A DNA stretch of 64,000 nucleotides. It comes from an uncultured Clostridia bacterium. Lineage in GTDB: Bacteria > Bacillota > Clostridia > Christensenellales > UBA1242. A program made the translations under genes and the position numbers. The notes below the pieces were generated by a model that saw nothing but the letters and a program-made list of their open reading frames with translations, did no database searches and was not told the DNA's origin. This document shows, piece by piece, positions 1 through 9,991 of the stretch; the first letter of the stretch is position 1; each line of letters begins with the position of its first letter. The stretch is from positions 6,758-70,757 of the forward strand of contig CAKVOE010000003.1 of the NCBI GenBank assembly GCA_934778215.1, given 5' to 3'.

Positions 1-316
1 GCGGACAAGCTTTTGTAGGAGTATATTTTTTGGTTTCGAAGGCTTTTTCTATGGTAATACCCGCCATGGTTTGGTTTTTTGCCTCAACTAGCCTTCTTAC
101 TTCCTTCATTTTATCCGAAATATCAGGCAAAACGCCTACCGAACCCAGCCACGAAGACCTACTGTCGGTAAGCATAATTTTTTCATAGCGAACACCGCCT
201 TGTATAAGAGCACCTACTTTGCCATTTCCTATTGGAAGACTACCCTCCCAAGCGCAAGAAACATTCGCTGGGCGTGAGTATTTTAAAACCATTTTTGCAC
301 TATTTATCCTTTGCAT
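1..316 (-). CDS. Glycoside hydrolase family 95-like protein, N-terminal fragment (rest of gene lies beyond window start)
   Basis: Own translation of the minus strand from ATG at 316 (AGGAG 5 nt upstream) gives MQRINSAKMVLKYSRPANVSCAWEGSLPIGNGKVGALIQGG... The W-E-x-x-LPIGNG-x-x-GA pattern is typical of GH95 N-terminal domains. The frame stays open to position 1. Confidence 0.4.
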   Translation of the reverse strand, partial: MQRINSAKMVLKYSRPANVSCAWEGSLPIGNGKVGALIQGGVRYEKIMLTDSRSSWLGSVGVLPDISDKMKEVRRLVEAKNQTMAGITIEKAFETKKYTPTKACP

Positions 317-433
317 ACATACTCCTAACTTTGCTTATTACCTTATTATTATATAACAAACCAATTAAAAATACAAAGTAATTTTCAAAGCCTTTTAACT
401 AATTTTAACAATTGTGCAGATATTTTACTAAAT

Positions 434-1579
434 TTAAAATATTTTTGCAACAGGTGTGGTAAATTTTGCCATAAATATTTTTCGCCAATATTCTACGCTT
501 TCGGTTATAATATTTTCCAAAAAATCTTCCCTATCAAAAAAATAATAACCAAGTGAACCGGGGATTGCGTTTGCCTCCCCAAAGTACAACGCACCGCTAT
601 CTTTGTCATACAAAAAATCTATCCTTACAACCGAATTTGCATTTATCAATTTATAAAAGGTTTTTGCTATATATGTTATCTTTCTTTCTAGTTTTTTATT
701 AATATCCGCTGGAAACTTTCTTTCGCTAGTTTCCATACCGCCAGCAACAGAAAATTTACCAAGTTTAGACACCCCTTTAATTTTTGTAGACCCGCTCAAA
801 TATTTATCCTCAAACGAAATTACCGTGCTTTTTGCAATAGGCTCTTCTATTAGCGATGTAACAATTTCGCCATTTTGAGTTTTTACCGCAACATTAAACT
901 CCCTTTTGTTTACAATTGCCCGCTCCACAATTACTCTTTGACCAAAATCAAAACACAAGTTTACCGCCGTTTCAAAGTCTGCAAACCTTTCTATTAAACA
1001 AACCCCAACACTGCTTCCTTGTGAACACGGTTTGCAAACCACAGGCAAGCCAAACTGAGTTAGTTGTGTTATTACTTTATCTCTATTATGCAACCAATCT
1101 TTTTTTTCGATGGCAAAAAAATCTACCGTTGGTAATTCGTTTGCTATCAAAAGTTGTTTCGTCAAAAATTTATCCATCATTATTTCCATACTTGCACAAC
1201 TTCCGGTGCTGGTTGCAATTCCACACATCTGAAAAAGTGCCGTTAGTTTTCCACTTTCTCCATCGCCACCATGACAGCAATTTAAAGCAAAGTCAATTTT
1301 AAATAAAGGCTTAAACTTATTGTTTTTAATTTTATACAAATAGTTATCATTTGGTTTTAGCCCCACTTTTTGTAGTTTAGAACAATTCATTGTGCCGGCA
1401 TAGTTTTTAAACTCCGCAAGTTTTTCTCCAATATACCAATCACCAAGCGGGTCTATATACACCAGCTTTATATCATAATTTTTTGCCTTAAATCTTTTAT
1501 AAATTTGAAGTGCCGTAATTATAGACACATCTTTTTCGGTAGACTTTCCACCGTAACAAATTATCAAATTTTTATTCAT
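434..1579 (-). CDS. ddl: D-alanine--D-alanine ligase
   Basis: 381 aa ATP-grasp protein. N-terminal YGGKSTEKDVS and C-terminal EANAIPGS motifs are typical of Ddl. GGGGGT SD upstream. Adjacent to murF-like gene as in Bacillus ddl-murF. Confidence 0.9.
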   Translation of the reverse strand: MNKNLIICYGGKSTEKDVSIITALQIYKRFKAKNYDIKLVYIDPLGDWYIGEKLAEFKNYAGTMNCSKLQKVGLKPNDNYLYKIKNNKFKPLFKIDFALNCCHGGDGESGKLTALFQMCGIATSTGSCASMEIMMDKFLTKQLLIANELPTVDFFAIEKKDWLHNRDKVITQLTQFGLPVVCKPCSQGSSVGVCLIERFADFETAVNLCFDFGQRVIVERAIVNKREFNVAVKTQNGEIVTSLIEEPIAKSTVISFEDKYLSGSTKIKGVSKLGKFSVAGGMETSERKFPADINKKLERKITYIAKTFYKLINANSVVRIDFLYDKDSGALYFGEANAIPGSLGYYFFDREDFLENIITESVEYWRKIFMAKFTTPVAKIF

Positions 1580-1640
1580 TTTTTACCCCCGAAAATTTTT
1601 ATTAAATCAAATCGTTTTTACTACTAAAATTTGGCAATTT

Positions 1641-1684
1641 TAAAAAATAACAAAACAAAAGAATAGCAAAACAGCCATTCTTTT
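1641..1684 (-). terminator. Intrinsic terminator after murF-like gene
   Basis: Minus strand AAAAGAATGGC/TGTTTT/GCTATTCTTTT forms an 11-bp stem with one G-U pair, followed by GTTTTGTTATTTTTT. Confidence 0.55.
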
Positions 1685-1771
1685 GTACCTTTTTGACAGT
1701 TTGTACTTCTGTCAACTTTCTATTCAATGCAAACTTTCACGCCTGTAATAGGCGTAATGCAATTTTTAAAA

Positions 1772-3439
1772 TTAGGTGTAATTGTCCGGTAAATCATTTT
1801 CAAACAACACTACATCGCCCGCCGTTGCAAACTGTTGCATAACTTCAATTGCCTGCTTTATGCTTCCTGCTCTAAGAATTTTAGACTTATCAAAACCGCC
1901 AAATTCTAGCCCTGCACTTAGCGCATCATAATTTACCACGCCATTAATTATTACATAGTCGCACACACTCGCCATCTGTCTACCAAACTCAAAGTTGCAA
2001 TTAAACTCTTCCTTTCCTAACTCTACAAGCCCCGGAGTAATAACTATCTTTTTTGAATTAAATTGCTTAATGGTATCAAGGGCAGCCTTTGCTCCCTCCA
2101 CACAACCATTGTAAGCATCGTCAATAACAATAATAGAATTGCCCGAAGGAACAAGTGCAAGCCTATGCGCTGACGGCACGAGTTTGCCTATTGCCGATTG
2201 AAGTTCATATAAACTAACTCCCATATCAAGAGCGACACTGGCACAAAGCAAAATATTAGATATGTTATGCACTCCAAGTAGCGAAGTTTTACAGTCTACA
2301 CTTTTGCCGTCTGCATGCAAAGTAAAGGAACTGCCCCTTTCGGTAGACTTGATGTCGGTTACATAAATTTTGCCCTTTTCGTTTTTTATGCTAACCCCAA
2401 CCTTATCGCATTGCGCCCTAAAATACAACTCATTATTTGGTTCAGAGTCTAAATTAAAATACGCTTTACCGTCTTTTTTAAGACCTTCTATCAATTCATA
2501 TTTGGTGTTTTTTAAGTTTTCAATACTTCCAAAGGTTAATAAGTGCTGGTTTCCTATACCGGTAATTATGCCAATGGTTGGGTGTACCATATCCGCCAAA
2601 TATTTAATGTCGCCAACGTGTTTTGCACCCATTTCGGCAATAAGAATTTCATCATCTTGTTTTAAGTTGTTTAAAATGGTTTTACTAAGCCCTAGTGGAG
2701 TGTTGTAACTATGCGGAGTGGCACAAACTTTATATTTTTCTGATAGTAACACCGTTAAAATATTTTTTACCGATGTTTTGCCAAAACTACCCGTTATACC
2801 AACAACAACTATCCCCTCATGTTTTGCTAGTTCCTTTTTTGCAAGGGTTATATACCTATAAGAATTCCACGCCTCAAATGGAGTTATTACATAGTGTGCC
2901 AACTGAATAATTAATGGCAACAACATAGGAGTTAACCCAACTGCACCAAATTCAAAATATGGCACATATAGTTGAGATGCCGTCATAATGGCAAAGGTAA
3001 ACAAAAATACCAAAATATTCATTACAACGCACAATCTTGTCATTCGGTGAGTATATTTTAAAGGCGTTTTTTGCGGAACATTGTAAACGTTAAGAATATA
3101 TACAAAGCAAAACAAAAAGTAAAACAACAGCCCTGCATAGGTCATAATTTTGTAAATGATAATTTGTTCCAACAATACATTTGTAACAAGCAATGCCGCC
3201 GAACTCAAAAAGGACAACACAATCAATCTGCCCCAATCTTTGTATTTGTTAGACTTCATCCACGCCCAATAGTCTTTTGTTTTGTATCCAGACAACTGAA
3301 GCACTTGCAAAAATTTATATCCTACAAAGTTCATAAGCCCCGCATTTAAAATGCTTATAACCAATATAAGCCAAAAAGTTAACCAGTTGTCAAATCCAAA
3401 CGGAGTAGGAACTTCGTTATATAATAATAAACTTAACAT
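1772..3439 (-). CDS. murF: Mur ligase family protein, MurF-like (UDP-MurNAc-tripeptide--D-Ala-D-Ala ligase) with N-terminal polytopic membrane domain
   Basis: 555 aa. P-loop GITGSFGKTS sits near residue 214. GNQHLLTFGS, DDAYN and C-terminal Mur-ligase domain motifs are present. It lies next to ddl. Residues 1-190 contain about 5 hydrophobic helices in place of the usual soluble MurF domain 1. Confidence 0.7.
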   Translation of the reverse strand: MLSLLLYNEVPTPFGFDNWLTFWLILVISILNAGLMNFVGYKFLQVLQLSGYKTKDYWAWMKSNKYKDWGRLIVLSFLSSAALLVTNVLLEQIIIYKIMTYAGLLFYFLFCFVYILNVYNVPQKTPLKYTHRMTRLCVVMNILVFLFTFAIMTASQLYVPYFEFGAVGLTPMLLPLIIQLAHYVITPFEAWNSYRYITLAKKELAKHEGIVVVGITGSFGKTSVKNILTVLLSEKYKVCATPHSYNTPLGLSKTILNNLKQDDEILIAEMGAKHVGDIKYLADMVHPTIGIITGIGNQHLLTFGSIENLKNTKYELIEGLKKDGKAYFNLDSEPNNELYFRAQCDKVGVSIKNEKGKIYVTDIKSTERGSSFTLHADGKSVDCKTSLLGVHNISNILLCASVALDMGVSLYELQSAIGKLVPSAHRLALVPSGNSIIVIDDAYNGCVEGAKAALDTIKQFNSKKIVITPGLVELGKEEFNCNFEFGRQMASVCDYVIINGVVNYDALSAGLEFGGFDKSKILRAGSIKQAIEVMQQFATAGDVVLFENDLPDNYT

Positions 3440-3451
3440 AATTATTTTTCC

Positions 3452-4162
3452 TTATAAAAAAATACTTTCATATAAAATATAAACAAATTCTTTCGGTTTG
3501 TCAAGAAAACAAAAGTGTCCCGCATCTTCAATTACAACCAAACTAGAACCCTTTATTGCCTTATTTAGTTTTTTACCCGCTTTAAGAGTGGTTTCTTTAT
3601 CCAACTCACCCCAAATAAGTTCTGTAGGCAGTCTTATCTCTTTTGCCACCGGCAAAAGGTCTTCGTTTACAACCCTTTTAAAAGTTTTTCGCATCACATC
3701 GGTTTTTAATGCTTTATAGTCGCTAGAACCTAAGTTTAAGTCCTTGCTAGACCCCCTTAGTTTTACCCGAAGTTTATACCAAAAAACCTTTAATTTGTAT
3801 ACTAAACCCCTACCCTCAATAACACCTGCACTGTCTACCAAAATAAGTTTTTTTACAACTTCTTTAAATTTGCTTGCCATCATTATGCCAACACGCCCGC
3901 CAAACGAATGCCCCACAACAATAACTTCTTTAATCTCTAAACTTTTTAAAAGTTTTACTACTTCGCTCGCATAATCGTATACATTATAAGGCACCGCTGG
4001 TTCTTCACTTTTTCCAAACCCCAAAAAATCGACCAACAAATAGGACACATTGTTTTGTGGTAAGCAAGAAACGACCCCGCAAAAAGAGTTGCTGTCTGCA
4101 CCCCAACCGTGCAAAAATAGTACAACTTTTTCTTTGGTGTCGCCTAAAAACTTATAATACAT
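3452..4162 (-). CDS. Alpha/beta-fold hydrolase
   Basis: HGWG oxyanion motif, GHSFGG nucleophile elbow, C-terminal DAGHF. I prefer ATG at 4162 (GGGGGA SD 5 nt upstream) over the TTG at 4174 used by the ORF track. Confidence 0.7.
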   Translation of the reverse strand: MYYKFLGDTKEKVVLFLHGWGADSNSFCGVVSCLPQNNVSYLLVDFLGFGKSEEPAVPYNVYDYASEVVKLLKSLEIKEVIVVGHSFGGRVGIMMASKFKEVVKKLILVDSAGVIEGRGLVYKLKVFWYKLRVKLRGSSKDLNLGSSDYKALKTDVMRKTFKRVVNEDLLPVAKEIRLPTELIWGELDKETTLKAGKKLNKAIKGSSLVVIEDAGHFCFLDKPKEFVYILYESIFL

Positions 4163-4176
4163 TAATTCCCCCAAAA

Positions 4177-4605
4177 TTAAAGTGCCCTTTCCATAATTAT
4201 GGCGTCATACTGCCCCATATAATATTTTTTTCTTATTGAAATTTGCAAAAAACCTAGTTTTTTATATAGTTTTATTGCACTTATATTGCCCTCTTTAACT
4301 TCTAGCATCAATTTTTTTACGCCCTGTTTTTTTAAAATTTCCATAGCATCTATAAGTAGCCTTTCTGCAACGCCCCTTCGTCTAAAATTAATATCTGTTG
4401 CAATCATCATAACATCTGCACAGTCATAATTTTTTATGATGCTCAAAAAGCCAACTATTGTACCCTTGTCAACCGAAACCAGCACCAAATAATTTGGATT
4501 AATTATTTCGCTTTTTATTAGATCCTTTTCTAAAATATCGTCCGTTTGCATTCGTATATCAAAAATTGACTTGAAGTCATCTTCTTTTGCAACCCTAATT
4601 TCCAT
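4177..4605 (-). CDS. rimI: Ribosomal-protein-alanine N-acetyltransferase (GNAT)
   Basis: GNAT acetyl-CoA motif RRRGVAERLL. Positioned after tsaE-tsaB as in ydiB-ydiC-ydiD. ATG at 4605 with AAGGGGA SD is preferred over upstream TTG. Confidence 0.7.
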   Translation of the reverse strand: MEIRVAKEDDFKSIFDIRMQTDDILEKDLIKSEIINPNYLVLVSVDKGTIVGFLSIIKNYDCADVMMIATDINFRRRGVAERLLIDAMEILKKQGVKKLMLEVKEGNISAIKLYKKLGFLQISIRKKYYMGQYDAIIMERAL

Positions 4606-5194
4606 TTGTTCCCCTTTTGTTTGCAAGTTGAATTTCGGCTTGGCTAAGTCTTAAATACATTGGTTCAAGGTCATCAATAGAAGAAAAATCTGCTTCTGCA
4701 ATTTTTTTATCCATCACTTTTTCAATGCTTCTTTCAACAATGGTTGTGCCACCAACAATATCTTCAAATCCAATTATTTTTTTATCCTTAACCGAATTTC
4801 TCTCAACACAATTATAGTTTTCGTCCTTTTTTGTATATACAAAGTTAGCGTATGCACCAATTACAGCCACCGCATCACTTTCTATTTCATTATATGAAAA
4901 TAAGTCAAATGCGTTAAACGCAACAAGTTTAATCTCCTTTTTTATGCCTTCCAAAATGCCAAGTGCTGTAACAACGCCTACCCTAGAACCCGTCCAAGAC
5001 CCAGGCCCTACACAAACTCCCAAGCATTCAATATCCAAAATTTGCATTTTTGCTAATTTTAGACACTCATCAATTGCTTCCATTAGGTGTTCCGTTCCGC
5101 TTGTTTTTGTTTTTATAACATTAAACTTTTTTTCGCCATTAAAAACACATACCAATATGTCACTGCTCGAACAATCAAACGCTAAATATTTCAT
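4595..5194 (-). CDS. tsaB: tRNA t6A37 biosynthesis protein TsaB
   Basis: 199 aa with N-terminal LAFDCSS ASKHA-fold signature. Its start overlaps the tsaE stop (ATGA). Confidence 0.8.
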   Translation of the reverse strand: MKYLAFDCSSSDILVCVFNGEKKFNVIKTKTSGTEHLMEAIDECLKLAKMQILDIECLGVCVGPGSWTGSRVGVVTALGILEGIKKEIKLVAFNAFDLFSYNEIESDAVAVIGAYANFVYTKKDENYNCVERNSVKDKKIIGFEDIVGGTTIVERSIEKVMDKKIAEADFSSIDDLEPMYLRLSQAEIQLANKRGTNGN

Positions 5195-5610
5195 TTTCCT
5201 CTCCTAATAGTAATTTCCCTTTTGTTTTCGTCAAGTTTTTTTATGTTTACAATTATAGCATAGTTTGGAAAATTTTCAATACCAACACACTCCGGCCACT
5301 CTACAAGGCTTTTACCACCCGAATATAAATACTCTTCTGCCCCAACCGCCATCAACTCATCGTAACTTTTTAGCCTATAAAGGTCAAAATGAAACAATGT
5401 GTCATCATAACTATTCATAATAGTAAAAGTAGGACTTGGCACTTCATTTTTTATTCCAAGCCCCTTTGCAACACCCTTTGCAAACTGCGTTTTACCCGCA
5501 CCCAAGTCGCCACTAAGCAAAACTATATCTCCCGCAACCAAACTTTTTGCAAACTTAATTGCAATGTTTTCAGTGTCTTCTAATCCGTTACTTATATATT
5601 TCTCTTCCAT
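5191..5610 (-). CDS. tsaE: tRNA t6A37 biosynthesis ATPase TsaE
   Basis: 139 aa, Walker A GDLGAGKTQF, conserved SPTF motif. Confidence 0.85.
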   Translation of the reverse strand: MEEKYISNGLEDTENIAIKFAKSLVAGDIVLLSGDLGAGKTQFAKGVAKGLGIKNEVPSPTFTIMNSYDDTLFHFDLYRLKSYDELMAVGAEEYLYSGGKSLVEWPECVGIENFPNYAIIVNIKKLDENKREITIRRGK

Positions 5611-5613
5611 ATT

Positions 5614-6300
5614 TTATATCTCTCTACTTGTTCCAATTCGGCTAGCACCAATTCTTATTAAATTAACGGCTTGTGCTTTGGTTTCAACTCCACCAGAGGC
5701 TTTTATGCCACATTTGTCTTTTATAGCAGACCTAATTATATCTACAACCTCCGGACTCGCCCCGCCATCTGCAAACCCCGTGCAAGTCATAATGTAATCA
5801 ACCCTTGCTCTTGCACAAAGAATACTAATTTTTTCTATCTCCTGTTTTGTTAAAACCGCCGTTTCTATTACCACTTTCAAAACCTTTTTTCTGCACGCCT
5901 TTCTTAGTCTAGAAAGTTCAATTTTTAAATAAGACCAATCATTCATCTTTATTTTTGAAAGTGTAATAACCGCATCTATTTCATCAGCGCCGTCTTTTAT
6001 AGCCCGCTTAATTTGTAAAATTTTAGATTCTATGGTGTCCGCACCCAAAGGAAAACTTACAACGCTTGCAACCTTTATAGAACTTTTAAACTTGTAGTCT
6101 ATAAACTGTTTGCAAAACTCCACATCTACCGGATTTACCACAACACACGCATATTTGTTTTTGTATGCCGTACACAAAAACCGCTCCAAGTCTTTATGTG
6201 TTGCAACGGGATTTAAATTTGTAAAATCTACCAGTTTGTTTATATTTTTTTCGTCTAAGCTTACGCCATAATCGTTTTTTAATTTTTTAGCAAAAAGCAC
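5614..6300 (-). CDS. deoC: Deoxyribose-phosphate aldolase
   Basis: 228 aa DeoC-type aldolase with catalytic Lys context GIKASGGV. GTG start. Next to pdp. Confidence 0.8.
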   Translation of the reverse strand: MLFAKKLKNDYGVSLDEKNINKLVDFTNLNPVATHKDLERFLCTAYKNKYACVVVNPVDVEFCKQFIDYKFKSSIKVASVVSFPLGADTIESKILQIKRAIKDGADEIDAVITLSKIKMNDWSYLKIELSRLRKACRKKVLKVVIETAVLTKQEIEKISILCARARVDYIMTCTGFADGGASPEVVDIIRSAIKDKCGIKASGGVETKAQAVNLIRIGASRIGTSREI

Positions 6301-6319
6301 AGAACAATTTCACCCTACC

Positions 6320-7627
6320 TTAAAAAATAATTTTCTTTATTAATGGATTCAATTCTGGTCTTGTCTTGCCAATATTAAAACATTTTCTAATGCAAGTTAC
6401 GGCAGATGCAAAGTTTGGATCGGTAATAGAATAATAAATTTTTGCGAGTTTGTCGCCCTCTTTAATTCTGTCGCCCTCCCTTACCAAAATGTCAAGACCA
6501 ACATATCTATTAATTTCGCCACTTTCGGTGGCTCCAATTACATTAATTGCTTGATACAGTCCCAATGTATCTACATTTGTTACAAAGCCCGTTTTGTCAG
6601 CAATAACAAAAATTGTATTAACTGGCGGAATCAACGAATCTAAATCGTCAAAAGCAAAGGTGTCACCGCCGTGTGCTTTTACCATTTCTCTTAGTTTTTT
6701 GTATGCAGACTTGTTTGCAATTACTTCATCAAACATTTCCCCCGCCGTTTGACGAGATTTTACCCTTTTTGTGCTTAACAAAATGTGTGTTACCATTTCT
6801 TTGCACATATTATATAAATCGCTGTCAAAAAGTTCGACATCGCCATTTAAAAGTTTTAATGCCTCTCGTGTTTCTAACATCGGGCCAATACTTCTGCCAA
6901 GTGGCTGGTCTAAGTTAGACAAAATTGCCGTGGTGTTAATACCCGCCATCTTTCCTATATTAACCATAAGTGTTGCAAGTTTTTCTGCTTGCACCTCATC
7001 TTTTAACAGCGACCCCTCTCCACACTTAACATCAATAACTACCGTTTTTGTTCCCATAACAATTTTCTTCGCCATTATAGAACTTGCAATAAGAGGAACA
7101 CTAGGAACGGTACCCGTTTCTTCTCTAAACTTATAAATTATCTTATCTGCTGGCATAAGTTTTTCGTTTTCGCCAATAACCGAAACCCCAACATTTTTTA
7201 AAATATCAAAAAATCTTTCAAAACTAATAGATGGCGTATACCCATCAAAAACACTTAGTCGGTCAAGGGTGCCAAAAGACGCCCCAATATTTTTGGTGCT
7301 AAACTTAGCCACCTTGTATCCTAGTGTTGCAAGTACAGGCAAAACAACCAATGTGCAAGCATCACTAACACCACCAGTGCTGTGCTTATCTACGGCGTTA
7401 TCTACAACTTCCGAAACATTTAATCTAACCCCGCTATCTGCCAAACACTCAGCATAGTTATATGCCTCACTAACGCTAAACCCACGATTGGTTATAGCCA
7501 TAAGCAAAGCCCCAATTTGACTGCCCTTAAACTTTTCTTTCATAACGCCATTTACAAAAAATTGAAGCTCTTCAAAACTAAGTTCTCCACCATCTCGTTT
7601 TTTTTCAATAAGTTCCAAAATATTCAT
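6320..7627 (-). CDS. pdp: Pyrimidine-nucleoside (thymidine) phosphorylase
   Basis: 435 aa with DKHSTGGVSD phosphate-binding motif and glycosyltransferase family 3 architecture. Confidence 0.9.
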   Translation of the reverse strand: MNILELIEKKRDGGELSFEELQFFVNGVMKEKFKGSQIGALLMAITNRGFSVSEAYNYAECLADSGVRLNVSEVVDNAVDKHSTGGVSDACTLVVLPVLATLGYKVAKFSTKNIGASFGTLDRLSVFDGYTPSISFERFFDILKNVGVSVIGENEKLMPADKIIYKFREETGTVPSVPLIASSIMAKKIVMGTKTVVIDVKCGEGSLLKDEVQAEKLATLMVNIGKMAGINTTAILSNLDQPLGRSIGPMLETREALKLLNGDVELFDSDLYNMCKEMVTHILLSTKRVKSRQTAGEMFDEVIANKSAYKKLREMVKAHGGDTFAFDDLDSLIPPVNTIFVIADKTGFVTNVDTLGLYQAINVIGATESGEINRYVGLDILVREGDRIKEGDKLAKIYYSITDPNFASAVTCIRKCFNIGKTRPELNPLIKKIIF

Positions 7628-7778
7628 AATTTTTCTCCGAATAATTTTCTACAATAAGTATAGCAAAATCGTTTGCAAAAATCAAAGAAAATAAACACCT
7701 TTAAAAAAGCACTAAATAATTTTTACCGACTAATTTTTGTGGCTTTGTCTATAATTTGGTAAGGAGATATATTAATTT

Positions 7779-8609
7779 ATGCAAAAAACCAAACTATCAA
7801 AAATAATAGACCTGTTTTTTTGCTTTGTAGCCACAATAATTTTAACCATTTTAATAGTAAATAGTATTTTTAAAGCAAAAACATTCAGTTTAATAATTGG
7901 GAGTATATTAGGGTCGCTAATCTTTTTACTAGAAGTGAAACTATTACACATTCAATCAGAACGCAAAAGTATAAAAGGAACCGAAGAAGCCTTGCTAAAA
8001 TTAACCTTTGAAAGCCTTTCGGTATTAAACCCACAAGCCATGCAAAAACTACTAATTAACGCATTATCAAACAATCCCATCTTTTGCGTAAAAAAGGTAG
8101 AAGATTTTATTTTAGTTACAAACACTACTTCCGCTAGCACCTTTGCTATCGGCTTTGATTTTTTGCAAGAAGTTGTAAACTCCCCCACGCTTTTTAAATT
8201 TTTAAACAACACCAAAATTAAAAATGCCTCAAAATATATTTTTTTAGCAAAAGACTACACAAAAAACGCCAGCCTTCTAAATTCGTCCCAACCCGCCCTT
8301 GTTTTATTTGACAGCGAAGACACCTACAACTTGTTTAAACTTATTAATCTTTCGGTTCCATCAAATAGCACCCTTAAAAAAAGGAACAGAAAAGAAGAAT
8401 TAAAACTGGTCTTTTCTAAAATAAATATTAGAAAATTTTTATTAGTTTCAATTCTTCTTTTAATAATTAGTTTTTTTACGCCACTAAAAATTTATTATAG
8501 AATTTTTTCTGCTATAAGTTTTTTATTGTTTTTAATTTGCGCCTTATTAAAACCCGCTAAGTCAAAAGCCAAAAACTCGCTATCGCCCGAAAATCTATTA
8601 AATTTATAA
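7779..8609 (+). CDS. Hypothetical membrane protein
   Basis: 276 aa with two N-terminal and two C-terminal hydrophobic helices. AGGAG upstream. No recognisable motif. Confidence 0.5.
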   Translation: MQKTKLSKIIDLFFCFVATIILTILIVNSIFKAKTFSLIIGSILGSLIFLLEVKLLHIQSERKSIKGTEEALLKLTFESLSVLNPQAMQKLLINALSNNPIFCVKKVEDFILVTNTTSASTFAIGFDFLQEVVNSPTLFKFLNNTKIKNASKYIFLAKDYTKNASLLNSSQPALVLFDSEDTYNLFKLINLSVPSNSTLKKRNRKEELKLVFSKINIRKFLLVSILLLIISFFTPLKIYYRIFSAISFLLFLICALLKPAKSKAKNSLSPENLLNL

Positions 8610-9821
8610 TTATTCTTCAAAGCGTTTCATATCGGCCTTTTTTAGTAATTTTTGAACCAAATCATCGTCATCTACTTCGGCATCTACAAAGGTTCTTTTT
8701 GCTTTAACCGATAGCGTTACCGCATCTAAGTCATTCATAGCACCAAGCACGCAAATGGTAACAATGTCTTTGTCTTTTTTAATTTTGTCGTAAATTTTAT
8801 CTCTTTCGGTCGATAATTCAGCGTCTACTGCACCCATAAGTTTGCTTTTTAGATAGTCATAAAAAATATTTAATGATTGAACTTGTTCCTTTCTTAATTT
8901 TGCTGGCAAGGTGTCTATAATGTATGATATACCAAACCTGCCATTTAGGTATTGCCCAAAAGAATTTATAACAGTTAAATATCTTTTGGCAACCTTAGTA
9001 TCAAAGATACTTAACTCCATCTCATTGTCAACCAAAAACTTTTTCATATATTCTATCAACTCATAAACCGTTTTATAAAAACTTGCAAGCACTTCTAATA
9101 TGAATTTGTTTTTTTCAAGCACCATGGTAGAATCTAGTTTGCCACCAAATCTTTCTGCAAGGTTGGTGTTTACCGCCATAACCCCGTTTTCAATAATTTG
9201 TGCGTACACACCCTCATCTAAACCAATAAAGCCTTTAAATGCAGTTAAATCCTTTACGGCAAGCGTTTGAATTTGCTCGGTAAAATCTTGTACGCTAGAA
9301 TCAAATGTAGACTTATAGTTATTATAACTATCGCTAGCATCATTAAACAATTTGGTGTATTTATCTAATTCCTTTAAAATAGACTCGCACTCAATAGAAT
9401 CATTTAGCGTATCGGTATGCTTTGCAACCAACAATTTAGAACAAACTTGCATACCATCACTATCCAATGCGTCCAAACTCTTTTTAAACTCCGCCTCAAT
9501 TTCTGCAATTTCTTCCATACGGTTTTTGATAACTTCTTTTTTTCGTGACAAAAGTTCATCTACTGCTACCCTATCACTTTCACGCTGTTCGAGATTTGCC
9601 CTAAAATATTCTATATTGGTGCAAACAGGTATAATTTGCGTAATGTCATCTAGTAGTTCTTTTACTGCCAAAAGAACATCTTCGCCCAAACAAATTTGCA
9701 TACCAGAAAATATTGCCATAATTTCGGGGCTAGATAAAGTTCGTTTAGAAAACTCATAAATAGAACTTGGTAGAATTCGGCTACCTATTTTATCTTGAAA
9801 ATAAATATTTGTGTAATCCAT
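8610..9821 (-). CDS. Hypothetical acidic, helix-rich protein
   Basis: Long ORF. I prefer ATG at 9821 (GGAG 9 nt upstream), giving 403 aa. No motif recognised. Confidence 0.5.
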   Translation of the reverse strand: MDYTNIYFQDKIGSRILPSSIYEFSKRTLSSPEIMAIFSGMQICLGEDVLLAVKELLDDITQIIPVCTNIEYFRANLEQRESDRVAVDELLSRKKEVIKNRMEEIAEIEAEFKKSLDALDSDGMQVCSKLLVAKHTDTLNDSIECESILKELDKYTKLFNDASDSYNNYKSTFDSSVQDFTEQIQTLAVKDLTAFKGFIGLDEGVYAQIIENGVMAVNTNLAERFGGKLDSTMVLEKNKFILEVLASFYKTVYELIEYMKKFLVDNEMELSIFDTKVAKRYLTVINSFGQYLNGRFGISYIIDTLPAKLRKEQVQSLNIFYDYLKSKLMGAVDAELSTERDKIYDKIKKDKDIVTICVLGAMNDLDAVTLSVKAKRTFVDAEVDDDDLVQKLLKKADMKRFEE

Positions 9822-9943
9822 TGCGGTATCTCCAAAAATACTAACTATATTATACAATAATTTTCTGTATTCACAAAGTAAGTTTGTGGCAATATTGAAA
9901 CAAAATTAAAATTTTAAAATTTATGAAAAATTTTAAAAAATCA

Positions 9944-9972
9944 TTGACATTAATTCTTTTTTAGTGTATAAT
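9944..9972 (+). promoter_or_regulatory. Sigma-A-type promoter for tRNA-Met/tRNA-Glu
   Basis: TTGACA (9944-9949), 17 nt spacer, TATAAT (9967-9972), about 20 nt upstream of the tRNA. Confidence 0.6.
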
Positions 9973-9991
9973 TTTTTTCGTTACTGGTTTT

